In this document: positions 26,425 through 41,000 of the stretch, one piece after another
How the letters are laid out: each line of letters opens with the position of its first letter
Numbering within the stretch: the first letter of the stretch is position 1
Assembly (NCBI GenBank): GCA_964035545.1
Contig: OZ037765.1
Location: 1,240,001-1,304,000, forward strand
Direction: 5' to 3'
DNA from: Bugula neritina
Taxonomy: Eukaryota; Animalia; Bryozoa
DNA length: 64,000 nt
Notes under the pieces: generated by a model
The model's input: the letters and a program-made list of their open reading frames with translations, nothing else
Told to the model about the DNA's origin: nothing
The model's database searches: none
Translations under genes and position numbers: made by a program

Positions 26425-29400
26425 TCAATATCCCCCTCCGTTAGAGTAGTTATAGTTGCTGCAAGCACACACACAGAGTAGTAACAATAACTGTGTATAT
26501 AAGAATGTAATAATACAACACAGCGTAGGACGTGACGAGGGGACACTCACCCTTGTTGAGGATATCCCTGCTGCTGGTAACCTTGCTGCTGATACCCCTG
26601 CTGCCAGTTGCTGGCATCTCCACCTCCCCACTGACCACCGTACTGCTGCTGCTGACTCCATTGCTGCTGCTGTGAGCCGTCCCACTGCTGCCCGTAGTTG
26701 TAGTTATTCCAGTTTCCCACCTGCAGAGAGACATACTACCAGAATGTAACACAACTCCCACTCATCTCACACAACTGACACGTACAGTTCAACTACATCT
26801 ACAGAGCAACTATTTACAGCTACTATACACATTATATCCTACTCTTCAGCACACCAGAGAGTATATCATATACTCCAGTGACTCACCTGCTGCTGTTGCT
26901 GAGGATAGGCCCCGTAGCTCTGCTGCTGATATCCACTGCCGTAGCTCTGCTGCTGGTACCCCATGCTGGGCTGCATCCCCCCGGACTCCTTACCCCAGGC
27001 ACACCTCACTGAGTAACCCCCAACCTCTGTACCGTTCAGAGCCACTATAGCCTGGCACGCCGAGTCCTTTGCCATCATCCTGTGTGTATAGTATATACAG
27101 ATACAGCATAGCAATGGATACAAAACAACTCTGTGAGAACACTCAGATTCTAACAGATTGACAACTCATAGTATAATGCTATTAACTCTACTCAAATTAT
27201 GTTTACTGTTACCTGACAAAGGCGAACCCCTTGTCCTTGAAACACCTGATCTCCGCCACTGGACCGTATTTATCGAACGCCTCCCTCAGCATATCGTCTG
27301 GAAGAGAGAAAACAGTCGACTCAACAACCACACGATATACGATATGATATAATAATAACACGTGCTGCCAGCAAACACATCTCTCAGTCAGCTACTCACC
27401 GTTGATGCCGTCCATGATGCCCCCGATGTAGACGGTGGCGTTGGTGGGGCTGGCCATATTGAAAGTTTCCTCGTAGGTCAGCTTTGGCACGGTCTTCTGG
27501 TGTCTGGCCCGCTCTACTGGTGCCGGGGGTTTGCGGGTGGCCCAGTTGGTGCGGATTGCCCGGTTACCCAGCCATGCACCGTTCATCTCATTAATAGCTT
27601 TCTGTGCCTCCTGCAACAGAGAACTGTGGTAAAACAACTTCCGTCAACAGTCAAGTTGGAGTTAGTCACAACAGAGAACTATATACAGATATGCCTTGCA
27701 AGGTGTGACTAGTGCTCTCACCTCTTTGTTGACAAATGATATAAATCCGTAGCCCTTACTTTTACCAGAGGCCGTGTCACAAATCACTTTACAGTCTCTA
27801 CAAATCAGAGCATTATATAGAATACGAGTACACTAGTACGTGTAGGTATTCTATGTGACGTACGTGTAGGTATACTATGTGACGTACGTGTAGGTATACT
27901 ATGTGACGTACGTGTAGGTATACTATGTGATGCACGTGTAGGTATACTATGTGATGTACGTGTAGGTATACTATGTGATGTACGTGTAGGTATACTATGT
28001 GACGTACGTATAGGTACACTATGTGACGTACGTGTAGGTATACTATGTGATGTATATCAACAATGTCAACTCACGATATTTCTCCAAACGCCTTGAATGC
28101 TTCTAGCAGCTGTTTAGTCTCAATATCTGGACTCAAATCACCGCAGAAGATGTGGAAATGATCTACAAGTATGAGAGAAAGTTCAGTAAATATATTCTAT
28201 AAACAGTGAGTAGATATATTCTATAAACACAGAGCATATTCTATGAACTACATACCACTAGTGTCAACTCGGCCTCGCGCCATCTCCGAGGAGTTCTTAG
28301 AGTTAGGAGAAGTGGCCCAGTTCACCTTCATTTGCTGTAGACAAACAATTATACCATATATTATACTACTACTAGTACTACTACTAGTACTGCTACCACT
28401 ACTAGTACTACTACTACCACTACTACTACTATATTATACTCTCGTACCTTCCCAAAGATCTCTCGTCCATTCATAGTAGTTAGAGCAGATGATGCAGACT
28501 CGTGACTGTCAAACTCGAGGAAACAGTAGGGATCTTGGCCAGACTGCAAGAGCAGAGAACTGAGTTAGCCAGTGGCAGTGTACGAGTTAATAGCAAGTGA
28601 CTGAGTGAGCAGCGTGTACTGAGATAGAACAAAGAGCCTAGTCTTACCTCGTAAATCATTTTACACCCCAGACATGTTCCCAGCTGACCAAACAGGGTCA
28701 CCATGAACTGCTCCGTCACATTGAAGGGCAGGTTGCCAACGTATCTAGAAAAGTAAAGGAGCAGAGGCTAGAAAGATGAGGATAGCTGGCTACCTTGAGG
28801 CAGCCAGTGGGCTAGCAATACTTACTCCATTACTGCAATACAAATAGCCAGCTAGATAGGTAAATAGACCACATTTTCTATGCCAAGTATTCGTTCTGTA
28901 CACAGGGACTGCAAAAGATGGACATGGCGGTGAGAAATAAGTTCACCGTCTGCCAGTATGTCTTGAGACGCCAGCACAGCGTTATATAGAAGTAGTAGTA
29001 ATATATATTATATTATATATATTATAATGATGATGTAAAATGTTTTACCATCGTTAGCATGGACAAGGTTTCAACAACGCTTACTTTTTCTGGACCGCTA
29101 CAAAAGATACATAGTATCATTCAGTTGTCTGAGGTGAAGGAAATATTTGACTGGCCAGGTTGGCATGCACGTACAAAAATTGATAGGAATTGCAAGCAAA
29201 ACTGGTGGTAGACTCGAGCTGATGTTATATGCAGCATAACAAGTATACACATGTATACACAACACAGCCAGCATTAGTGAACGCAGAAAATTGCAGAATT
29301 TACTGTCAATGCAAATAAAGTCCACCATCTAGAAACAATAACTTGAAACTACATTGTGCTCAGTCTTTATTGAAAGGCAAAACTATTAATAGCTGATTTA

Positions 29401-30474
29401 CTTCAGAGGATGATATTGCAATAGTGCAGCTTAGAACATGCTAAAGGAAAATACCATCAATTGGACGTTCAACAAAAGAAAGATTGCAATAAGTTACTAT
29501 AATATATTTGAAATGGTTGAGTCTTTATTGAACTGATGATAAGATGAAGACTATAAATTTCACATCTGTCCATCACCATTACAGTTGGCTATATACTTCT
29601 AGTACATGTATATAAACAGCATTTTAGAATATGTTCAAAATCATCAACTAATATTAATATATTCCTTTAAAGTTTAAGCCTATACTTATATTAACACTCA
29701 TTTAAAGTCTTAAAGTTGGTGAAACCTCAATGCCAATGACATATCTAGCACCACCCTCAAAATATTAACTTTGGCCAAAAATCTAATGGTGAAAACCAAA
29801 GCTGTTTAACCTCAATTCCAATTTCTTTGCAATATGCAAGAATATTGCTTCGTTTTTCAACACTGCCTCAAATAAAATGATGAATTAAGTTTGCAAACTA
29901 AACAAGAATCAGTAAAACTAAATGAGTTACAATTAAATTGCAACACTAAGTCAGTCACAATTATTCAGTCAATGTCAATGGGAATGTGCATGTCTAAGAC
30001 TAAGATGACCATCTGCTTTCAAAATCATTTCAGACTGTCAACACTACAAGTAACTCCGACGGCTACTTCTGGTCTTAGAATAACTGCTACTGTTAGTAGT
30101 AGTACTACTAGACGTAATAGTAGTCATGCAGAAAGTTGGTAAAATTAAAACCCAAATGAAAAAATACGCTCCCAGAATCAGTATCACGATTAGCTGAAAA
30201 CAAATCTAAGTCATAATCATAATCAGCATAAAATAAAAATGGGGATCAAAATGTTAACAGGCTAATTTAAAGTATCACCTTCACTCACTTTCTCAGAAAA
30301 AGATAAATAATCGGATTCACTCAGTCATTCTCATTCTGATTCTGTGAGTTATTCGGAATGAGACTTGAAAATCAAAGCTAAACTTTCAAGTAGCATGCAA
30401 ACATTTGATCGTAGTGCAAGCTAACTAGTATATATATTAAATGATACTTACAGTGTTTTAGAATCCGTTGACAT
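26425..30474 (-). CDS. TIA1: TIA-1/TIAR family RNA-binding protein (3 RRMs plus Q/G/Y/W-rich prion-like tail), multi-exon
   Basis: MSTDSKTL|YVGNL; DPYCFLEF; KVNWATSP; HFHIFCGDLS; GKSKGYGFISF; MNGAWLGNRAIRTNWATRKPP; VYIGGI; VRCAWGKE; QQQW/YQQQG tail; TIA1 versus TIAL1 cannot be distinguished. Confidence 0.93.
27836..28052. repeat. Intronic 24-bp minisatellite (TGTGACGTACGTGTAGGTATACTA), ~9 copies
   Basis: Tandem units visible. Confidence 0.9.
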
Positions 30475-30800
30475 TTTATATATGCTGTTCTTCAGGGGTG
30501 CACGTGAAAACTTCTTATATTTCTGGCAGCCACGATACAATTCGACTGACGAATATCCTGCAAGATGGCGGAAAAGACAGGAAACAAAGCTAAAAATACG
30601 GTTTGCGTCAGTATTAAATCCTTCAATTTTATTTTTTATTAGATTATTTAAAAATATTTAATTGTATTAGTTTAAAAAAAAATCTATTGAAATTTGTAAA
30701 AAAATTGTAATTTTTTTTCGTTAAAATAAGAATTATACAAAGAGACAAACTGCGGAATACCCACATGGCAACAACTATCTATAAGTAATCAACATGGCTC
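30475..30800. promoter_or_regulatory. Probable bidirectional promoter region between TIA1 and the FLACC1-like gene
   Basis: Divergent gene orientation; YY1-type AAGATGGCGG at 30562-30571; X-box half site CATGGCAAC near 30764-30772. Confidence 0.45.
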
Positions 30801-32020
30801 CTTATGGATCTTGGATTTGATAGACTCGTAGGCTATAGTAATAGCCATAGGGGTCCTCGATTCATTCAGATATAATATTTATAAAAGTTGCTTAGCTATT
30901 CTTGGACATTAACTACTAATACTTATACTTTTACTTTTAGTACGACTAAGCATTAAGCCTAACAAAGTTAGCATAATTTTACAATCATCGTGATCATCAC
31001 TATGAGTATGACTATGAGGCATGATGACATGATCATAATGATAATGATAATCATTATGATCATGATGATCATCATTCATCATCATTATCATCATGATAAT
31101 GGTAATTATAATGATATTGATAATCATGATATATTTAACAATAATTATCACGTTGGTTATGATAATCATAATCATAACGATTTTGATTGATTATCATTAT
31201 GATTATGATTATCATTATAATGATAATCATAATGACAATAGTTATTATGATATTGTAATTGTTATTGCAATGCTAATAGTAATTGTTGATGAAATAGAAA
31301 AGTTACCTAAGTTTTACTTTTAGTGCGTGATGATAATGATTAGAAGCTGAAAGTAAGTGGTTCACATTCTTTTAGTTTTTAGCAATAAATTTAAAATGAG
31401 GTCATTGCTTAGTGATGGTTGCCAAAAGAACTTCAAGTCCTGACCTTTAAATAGATTTAATGAAAACAATAACTATATGCAAATAATAATAATGACAAAA
31501 AAATGCAGCCACATGTTGATATAGAAACTGTACATTACCCATCATTAGATTAACTTAGTTATGTACACATGAAATACATTCATTTCATCGAAGTACAACT
31601 TTAACTTTTTTGTGCTTTTTTAACAAAAAGTATGTGTAATTTGTGTATTAGTGCAGTATTATCTTGCATGTTGCTTTGCAGTAAATATTATGATAGTTTC
31701 TTTACAAATTCCTTCAATCATGTTTGACTATATATGGCAAAATGCATTTAGTGTAGTTGACTGTGCTCGTTAATGTTGTTTTGTATTGTTAGTATTTGGT
31801 ATGTAGAATGTTTTGTGTTGTTAGTATGTACTATTTAGAATGTTTTGGTACATGTAGTTTGTTTCTATAAACTGTATGTTACTTGACTTTGTTTCTTCAG
31901 AATGCAATTAATTCAACATATTTAAATATGTCGAATCAATTTTTTACTCATAAATACCTGAATTTATTCTACCAATGATTGTAAATAGATAAAAAAATTG
32001 TTTTGGTTGACAGCACATTG

Positions 32021-35000
32021 ATGTCCAAAATGTCTTCCGTTGACTCCACAGTCTCTACCCCCATCGGTGGTCGACCAAAGTCTAGCCGACCTCAGTGAGT
32101 GCCTTTTCAACAGCCGCCATCAAATCCGAAACTACTAATAGCATTACTTTGACCCAGTTACTTTGCAGTGTCTTCATTAATATAGTTTTCTAAAATTCAA
32201 ATTATGCTTTTTTCATTTTATTATTTATTAGGCTATTTTGATGCAAAACTGATATTTCTACTCTAAGTTTAACTTTGTCATTTGAATTTTAAATTAAATG
32301 CAAAGTTTGTGAGCAATCAACTTTTTTGTAATTTATTTTATTTGCTAAAACCGTTAAACATATATTAAAATTAATGTGAACATTATAATAAAAATCATCC
32401 AACTAATAAAAATATTACTATAAAAAATAGTTTGTTGCAATGAGCCCAAATGGTATTTGATTTTGTTTGTTAAACGTGTCTCTTTCATATAACAAAATAG
32501 AATATGCACAATGAATATGCATGCTTATTGCATGTATTACAATGAGTTTATTCTAACAGCAATATGCTTGTAGCTCCACCCCTGCGAACAGATATCGAGT
32601 CACTTACTCTGTCAGGAATCAGCAACGGCCTAAAACAGCTTCCCTGCTTGTACAAGAGTGAGTCATGTCATGTTTCACACATTCATGCTATTTTGTTATA
32701 TAGAAACTAATTTGTGCAAAATGAAATTTTGGATCAAAAATATTTTCTTAATAATTTCTGCTACTCTATGAAACATAATTGTGCAACTCAAACTGTTTTA
32801 TTTGTTCCAAAATGAATATTTTTACCTTGTAGTTGCATATGAGATAGTTCTAAAAGACAATACCTATTCTACTTTAGTGAATTTTTACAACTAAATGTTA
32901 CCATGAAAATGCAACATTCTTAATGTTTAAATTGTTGCATAATATAATAGTCATAATAGTTTCTACTAAAATACAGATTACAATCCCAACTGGCAATACT
33001 TTTGACAGGAAATATTATTCATGTTATCAGGTCTAAGAGAACCTTTAGCTTACACATATATTGTCTGCAATGTTAGAGTAGTATATTGAGTAGTAGTTAC
33101 ACTGCTATATTGAGTAGTAGTTACACTAGTATATTGAGTAGTAGTTACACTGCTATATTGAGTAGTAGTTACACTAGTATATTGAGTAGTATTTACACTA
33201 GTATATTGAGTAGTATTTACACTAGTATATTGAGTAGTATTTACACTAGTATATTGAGTAGTAGTTACACTAGTATATTGAGTAGTAGTTACACTAGTAT
33301 ATTGAGTAGTAGTTACACTAGTATATTGAGTAGTATTTATTTACACTAGTATATTGAGTAGTATTTACACTAGTATATTGAGTAGTAGTTACACTAGTAT
33401 ATTGAGTAGTATTTACACTAGTATATTGAGTACTAGTTACACTAGTATATTGAGTAGTAGTTACACTAGTATGTTGAATTATTGAATTACTACTATGTTG
33501 TGGTCACGCAGATGCGAGAGACTGGGGAGAGTTGAAGGTGAGAGTGTACGGCAGCACAGGTTTCGCTCACATCTGCCAACTCGTAGAGAGAAGTCAGCAC
33601 CCTGGCAGGCACAGTTGGAGGTACCACAGATGTTTTATTTAGCTAATATTTGTTGTGTGTTGTGGTAATGGATGTTATAGTATGAACTGACACTTACTTA
33701 GCATCTGTCTGATGCTAAGTTGACATTTCACTGACATCTAGTTGACACCTCATTGACATCTAGCTAACACTTCACTGATACTTAGTTGACATTTCAATGA
33801 TACCTAGTTGACACTTTACTGACATCTAGTTGACACCCAACTGATACCTAGTTGACACTTCACTGACATCTAGTCGATACCTGGTGTATACCTAGTACTT
33901 TATGAGTTCCATATTTTTAACAACATGATGTCTCACACTCGGTAAAAGATACAATGTAGGGAGGTACAATGTTCAACACTACAGAATATATGCACACTGG
34001 GCTTGGCTCTCTTATATTATCATGAAATTTATTTTGATGATATTTTTATGCTGTGATGTGAACAAGTTACTGGAAACACTTGTTTATATTAGCTATTAAT
34101 GTGCGGGACTGTGCATCTATTTTTGTAACAATTTATAAGTTGTCGTGCAGTTGACAGTCGATTATAGTAATCATTATGATTAACATAACCCTTTCACATT
34201 TAGTTCAACAAGTCACTGTGACCATCTCTTGTGTTCTCAGTCCCTGTGTTTGCAGTATTTAAATTAACTGCATTAGTATTTGTTTTAACCTAGAGTTAAC
34301 AACATGTAACCAGAGTAGGTGAGTGACCTAACCTTCACCTGACCTTCACCTATTACCTGCTGTCATTTGTTGCTTCTAATTTGTTATTAGCTAATTTACC
34401 TGCACTTCTCACCACGCCATCTTTCTTATCCATTCCAATATTTTTTACTTCGCAGTTCAGATTTATTACCATATTAATTTTATTTTTAATGATAAATTAT
34501 TTTTTAATATTTTATGGTAAATGCTGTCAGTAAAATAATGTATAGGTTTTCACTTTTGAAATTTTTTTTATTAAAATGAATTTTTTTTAAATAACATATT
34601 TTATACTGGGCAGGTTTTTAGATTAATTTTTTTACCAACTCTCATCCTGTCATCTTCCATTGCTTACAACCCAATTGCATGTTTTATCAGCCTGATATAT
34701 GTTGTTTGTTTGTGTGTTGGATCCGCTATTGTTTTATTTGCCTGTTTTGTTAAAGAGTTACTAATCCCACAACTTTAGAGCTACACATATTCAAAGAGTA
34801 CAATTTAGCTGCCTTTTCACCAAAGCATAGCTACTGTGATAAATTCGTGAACTTAAATTTAAAAATATCTGCTCTTACTTTAACCTTAAAATTGATAATT
34901 TTAATATTGTGGTATTTTACAAGTTAATTATATTTCTATAAAGACTAATCAAATTACTAACCTGTTTGAATGAGCTACCTCCCCTACTCTAACATTAACT

Positions 35001-38000
35001 TTGCATGAATGAGTGTTGCTTTAACATCACCTTGTGTTACAGTTTGAACGTCTGCCTCATAATGAAGCTAACATGCTCCTAGCTAATGTGAGTATTCCAT
35101 GCATAACATTTTGCTTTTATAAGGAAACAACTCCAAACTAACTATCACTGCATGATAATAGACCCTTTTCAGTGGTCTCCAATGTCCCGCTAAAATTAAG
35201 AGTTGTGTCCTCCCAACATGCAAAAATGTTGCCTAAAATATGCTTGAACGCATTTTTGTGGTTTCCGTTGCTGGGCAATGCAGAAATAGCAACTATGATT
35301 AAGTCTCAATTATCATTTGTTGTCCTGTCTGTTATGGCCATGCAATTTATAGCTGAATTGACCTTTCAACTCTGCAGTGGTCCAGTTTCACTGCTAGTTA
35401 CATGTAATTACTCACATGCCTGCTTAGCTGTGTTATAGCATGTACACATAATTATACTTTGAAGAGTTTGTACTACATTATGTTCAAAGGACCGTCAATG
35501 CTTTACATAGTTTCATGTTATAGCCAAAACTTTTTTAAAAGAAAAATATTACTAAGAGAAGCAAAGCTCAGTTTAGGCAAAAATTTATTTAACATATTTT
35601 ATATAGTTGATTGATTTATTGCATATCACAGACATGACAACATGTTGCGAAATTCAGTGTAAATACTGGCTATAATATAAGTAGGCATGAACAAAAATGA
35701 ATGAAAAAAAAGTCAAAACTCTGTAGGAATATTTAAAATAGAAGCTCATTTAAAGTATTTACAAGAGGCAGACATCTTTTAATTCAATATCATCTTGAAA
35801 TATTTTGTCTGCCCTATATCTTTATTGCATGTTTTACAACAGGTCTAATAGTTTTATTTGAAAGTTCTAATTGATCGATATGTTATACTTGGGGTGAACT
35901 TATCCTCGATTATGCATAACATTTTGTGACCCAGGATCAGCCAAGCCAGCTGTAAAACTACAGCTAAGTTTCAATAAGACTAGCTGATGTAGATATTTAG
36001 AGCATGAGAAGTTGAGAAGCTATAACATTAAATGGTTTCACTGAAAACCCAAGCAAAAAGTTAATAACTCAATATTTTCAACATACTTTCACTGCTTCCT
36101 TTATCAGAATTTGCTTCATACTTTTCAACCAGAAATTCTTTCAGAAGCGGTTTTCAGATAATTCAGTTTACCTATGTTGCAATTTGATGAGTTGAGAAAC
36201 TTGGGTTTTCAGGTTCAGTAATGGCTGGCTTAGGTTGGCCTTTTACCTATTTCATTATATAACTATGTTTTAACCTACCACCTACATTAACTAGGACCTT
36301 GAGTCTACTGCAGCTGACAGAGATGACTACTACACACGGGTAGGTGCAGTAATGGAGAAATTGAGAAAAGCCTTTGTTCTAGATTAGAAATGTAGCAAAA
36401 GAAGTTATATTATGTGCAACACCAAAATTTATAAAGAAATTCAAAAAACTTAGGCTATCTCAATTTCTTCACTACTGTTCCTATACTACAAGCCACAGGC
36501 ATAATATTAAGAAATAACAAAACTGTAACACAAAAACCTGAATGCCAACAGCTAAAAGGCTATCGGGGTTTATCTAGATATATTTATTTGAGCACAATTG
36601 TTGCAAGTGCAATAGATGCATTTAACCTGCTAGAAAATTAAACGACATGTATTAATCCACATTTCATATTCGTTTGATGATACAAATTTAACCAGTCTAT
36701 TTAATAATATATCGTTTATCTATAGTTTTGTGAGAATGCTTCTTGAAAATGATGGGTATTGAGGTAGGTAGTTTAGCTATTCTCATAACATAAGTGCATA
36801 AGTATATAATTAATTGAAAATGCTCACAGCTAATCTGCTGTCTCATTCACTAGCAGAGCTCTAAGACTGTGCTAACAGCAGATTCTGACCAAAAAGTTGA
36901 AAGGTCAACAGCTATGAATTGAACATGACAGCCAGTATAACAAATAATTAATGAGACTTGTATCATAGTTACCACTTCAACTTGCTCAGTAACCAAAACC
37001 ACAAACATGCTTTGAAGTTTATTTTTCTCAAGATTTGTCAAGAAAGAAAATTTTTAAAAATTTTCTGGAACTGCTATTATGTATGCTTAGGCCAAAATAT
37101 TTATCTCAGAAAAGAAAAAACTCATGCTAGCAATAGTCCTCACACAAACCTTAAATTTCTCCTGATTTTATGACTTTCTATATATCATATAGACTCCCCC
37201 ATATACCGGGTGGGAGGAGACAACTTCAAATTATAAAAGCCCCTAGAGGGACATTTGAAAAGGGTCTATTGCAACTTTATTTCAACACTAACTTTTAAGT
37301 ATAAATATCAGATAACAGTTATGCTTGTTTTTAAAAGTGACAGAAGTTAACTTAATACACTTTAATAATTATTTGAATTTTTTAAAAACCAAGCTGGCTG
37401 TAAATGAAGAAAGTTTTTAAATAACTTAGTTTTCATGCTATTTTGGAATACATTTTATTTAAATCCTTAACTGTTGAAATTTTTATGGTGAAAAACTAGA
37501 GTTGTCTTTTCATGTCAGGGCACTCAAAAACCAGTGCATATAGCACCTGGCTACATCCTATCCAGAAGTAAGAGTAAATATCAGATGATTATAAATGATA
37601 AGTTCTTTGAGAAGGAAGAACAGAAAGCTAAGGAGAGAAATCAAGCTAACCTTGACCCTGAACTGTGAGTTTGTGAAGCATTTCTATGAAATAGAAAGTC
37701 ATTATGTTTAGTGTGGTTGAAAATAGTTAATAACGGAATAATACACTTATGTATTTTTTATCTATATTTATCTATACTTTAGGGAGCAGTTGATAGACAC
37801 CCTAAAGCAGCAAGTAGCAGATCTCAGTCTATATTTAGAGGAAGAAAGACTAAATCATAAAGACACAAAGAAAAAGGTTTGTTGTTAAATCAACCATCTT
37901 TATGATAAAAAATACTTCTGCTTAATTAATTTAATTTATTGAATTTCACAGGAGAGCATAAAACTTCTTTAAACCTTATTTTTCTATTCCTAATCAAAGG

Positions 38001-41000
38001 TTTAGCTACATTCTTGAAATAACAATGAAACCTTTTCGAGTTGCATGCCAGAATTTTTCGTCATGCAAATCACCAAAGGTTGTGGTGCAATAACAAGCGT
38101 GATATAATTCTCCACTCAGAAGACTAGTCATGTGTTTTCAATAAATTATTTGTATTTTAACATATTTAAATTATTGTTTTATTTATAAAATATAATAACC
38201 TCCAGGCAGAGGAATTTCTTAAAGATAAAGTTGAGGAAATGAAACGAGACCAAAGAGAGTCCATTCGTCGTTTGACTGCCGAGCATGACCTGTCGATGTC
38301 CTCCGTAATAACCTCTCACAAACAGGAACTAGCAGAGCTGACGTATTCTTATGATGATGTCATAGGTGCGTGTATGCGATATGTCAAGATAATTAGATAC
38401 TTTGTGCTTCTGATATTGTCTAACCTCTTTTCTTGTGCACTTTGTGCTGAATATAGTTCAACACATCCAGTGCGATTTAGTAATGAATAAAATGACTCCA
38501 TCATCAATGTGCCTACATCAAAGATATCAGCTGATATTTTAAAGACATCTGAGTGATTTGGAAAAGGAAAATATTTTTTCCAGTGTTGGAAATTCGTTTA
38601 TTAAATGGCGAATTTGTTCTCTTTTTGCACGTAGCAAAGCACAAGACGGAGATAGCATTCCTACAAGGCGCGTTTGAGTCTTACAAAGGTCAGAGCAATG
38701 AGGAAAACCAGCGACGAATCGAAGAGCTGCGAGATGACCTTGAGAGGTCGCATGTACAAGACTTGCAGACTCAGTTAAACGAGCTAGGTGAGTCCCTCGA
38801 ACTTTAAACTTGAAAATCATAATTTATCTTTTTCAACAAAATTCTATTTCAGTTATTAGAAATGCTTATACTAGAAAGTTTTGCTTTGCATTGCTTTTAG
38901 ATAACAAATGACTCATAACAGATGATTCGTAATAGATAACTTTCTTCGCATAAGTTGGCTGCTTAAATGTCATTCTCTTCTACTTTTTAGGCAGCATAAA
39001 TTTAAACTGGTAGAATTTTATTTTATTTAAATTGTTCTTAGGTAAGAAGTTGACCAATGAGAAGAATGCTGCCTTAGCAGCAGCATCTCGAGAGCATAAC
39101 AAGAAAGTCAATGCCATCGAGAAACAGTGTGCCAAAGAGATTGATGTAAGTTAGGTATTACCAGTGCACATCACATATGTTTTATGACATCACACAATTA
39201 TTTCAGACTAATATCTTACTATTATCAGAAAACATCATGTGATGTTAAAATAAAAAGATGGCCACTTGTCAGCTCAAATTTCAAAGTAACACTTCCATTT
39301 GTAACAAGGTGTAGAGTTATCTTCTCTTCTGTAATGGATGAAAATTTTAGCTTTAGTAATGAATGCGTGGGTGTATGGAACTCAGTCTTTTTTAAAACCT
39401 TAAAGCTAACTTGTGTAAATTCAACTAAACTTTTGGCTTAAATAAAATCCTGATGTGAACCTAGATTGGGATGATTGCTTCATTTATTGTTTATTTTCTT
39501 GTAATTTCTTTGTTTTGTTATTGTTTATTTTTTGTAAATTCTTGCTGCAGGCATTAAACAGGAGATTCTCTAATCACGCAGCTGATGTGCGGAAGTTGAA
39601 GGAAGCAGAAATAAGAGAGAAGGTAAGAGTTGATGAACTTAATATTATACTAATTATTAAACTTTAATATTATACTAAATAATACACTAAATATTATATT
39701 AAATATTATACTAAGTATTATACTAAACATTATATTAGATATTATACTATATATTATATTAAATATTATACTATATATTATATTGTTATAATAAATATTA
39801 TGTTAAATGTTATATCACATAGCATATTAAATACATTAACATGTATTCGGAATAGAATATTTCAGAAAATTTCAGTGGGTGGTTTATATTGTAGAATGCA
39901 TTTTATATTATAGGAAGAGAGAAATATTTGATATATTTGCGTATAATAGCATTCTTAAATTGTGTTTACCGAATGCATGATGACTGAATAATGTTCTACT
40001 GATGTGCTGAACTATCTTTAATTATAATAACAATATAATGCTTTGAGTTATACGTGTATGCTGATGTAGGAACTGACTAGTAAATACGAAGATATGGTGT
40101 CTAGGAACACGGCTTGTGAAAAGAATGTTGTCAATCTCACCAGAGCTGTGGAGGACTACGTAAGTCCATTTCCTGTTTGGGCTATGAGCGTCTGCAACCA
40201 ATATTCCTACTCTATCAGCCATATAGACATTTCTGTTGACCATGTACTTAGTAATTTCTAGTGCAGGAGGATATAATGTGTTCTTGTAGTGTTACCCAGT
40301 AACTTAAAATAGGGGCTACATAAACTCAATTCAATGTATTACATAATTTGTTAACAAAAGTAGTTCTTTAGGTAGGCATGTTGTAGAATTATTTTAGTGA
40401 TAGAATTTGTAAATAACTTGTTTCTAATGTTGAATTACTTTTATTCAATAATCTAAAGTAATGTTGGAATCTATACTCTACTTACTGGAAATGTGTACAT
40501 AGTATGTAGTATTATATCTACATGATATAGCCTAAATGGTATATATGATGATATATAATATGGAAAATACATGGTATATAATACCTGATATATAATATGG
40601 TATACATGGTATATAATACCTGATATATAATACTGTGGACATGGTATATAATACCTGATATATAATACTGTATACATGGTATATAATACCAGATATATAA
40701 TACTGTGGACATGGTATATAATACCTGATATATAATATGGTATACATGGTATATAATACCTGATATATAATACTGTATACATGGTATATAATACCAGATA
40801 TATAATACTGTATACATGGTATATAATATACATAATATGGTATATGGTGTGTAGAAAGCCAAGCTAGCCGTGTATGAAAGAGACTTCAACGAAAAGGTCG
40901 AAGAGGTGGACAGCAGATACAAAATACAAATGGCCGAACTGCGAGAACAGAACACGGAGTTGAGGAAGCAGTACATGAAGAAGTGCGATCAGCTTTTCTC

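Noticed and set aside
34294-34318. 25-nt stop-containing exon candidate in the FLACC1-like gene (TAG|...|GTGAGT)
   Set aside because: Could not place it in a consistent frame; splice-like signals alone are insufficient
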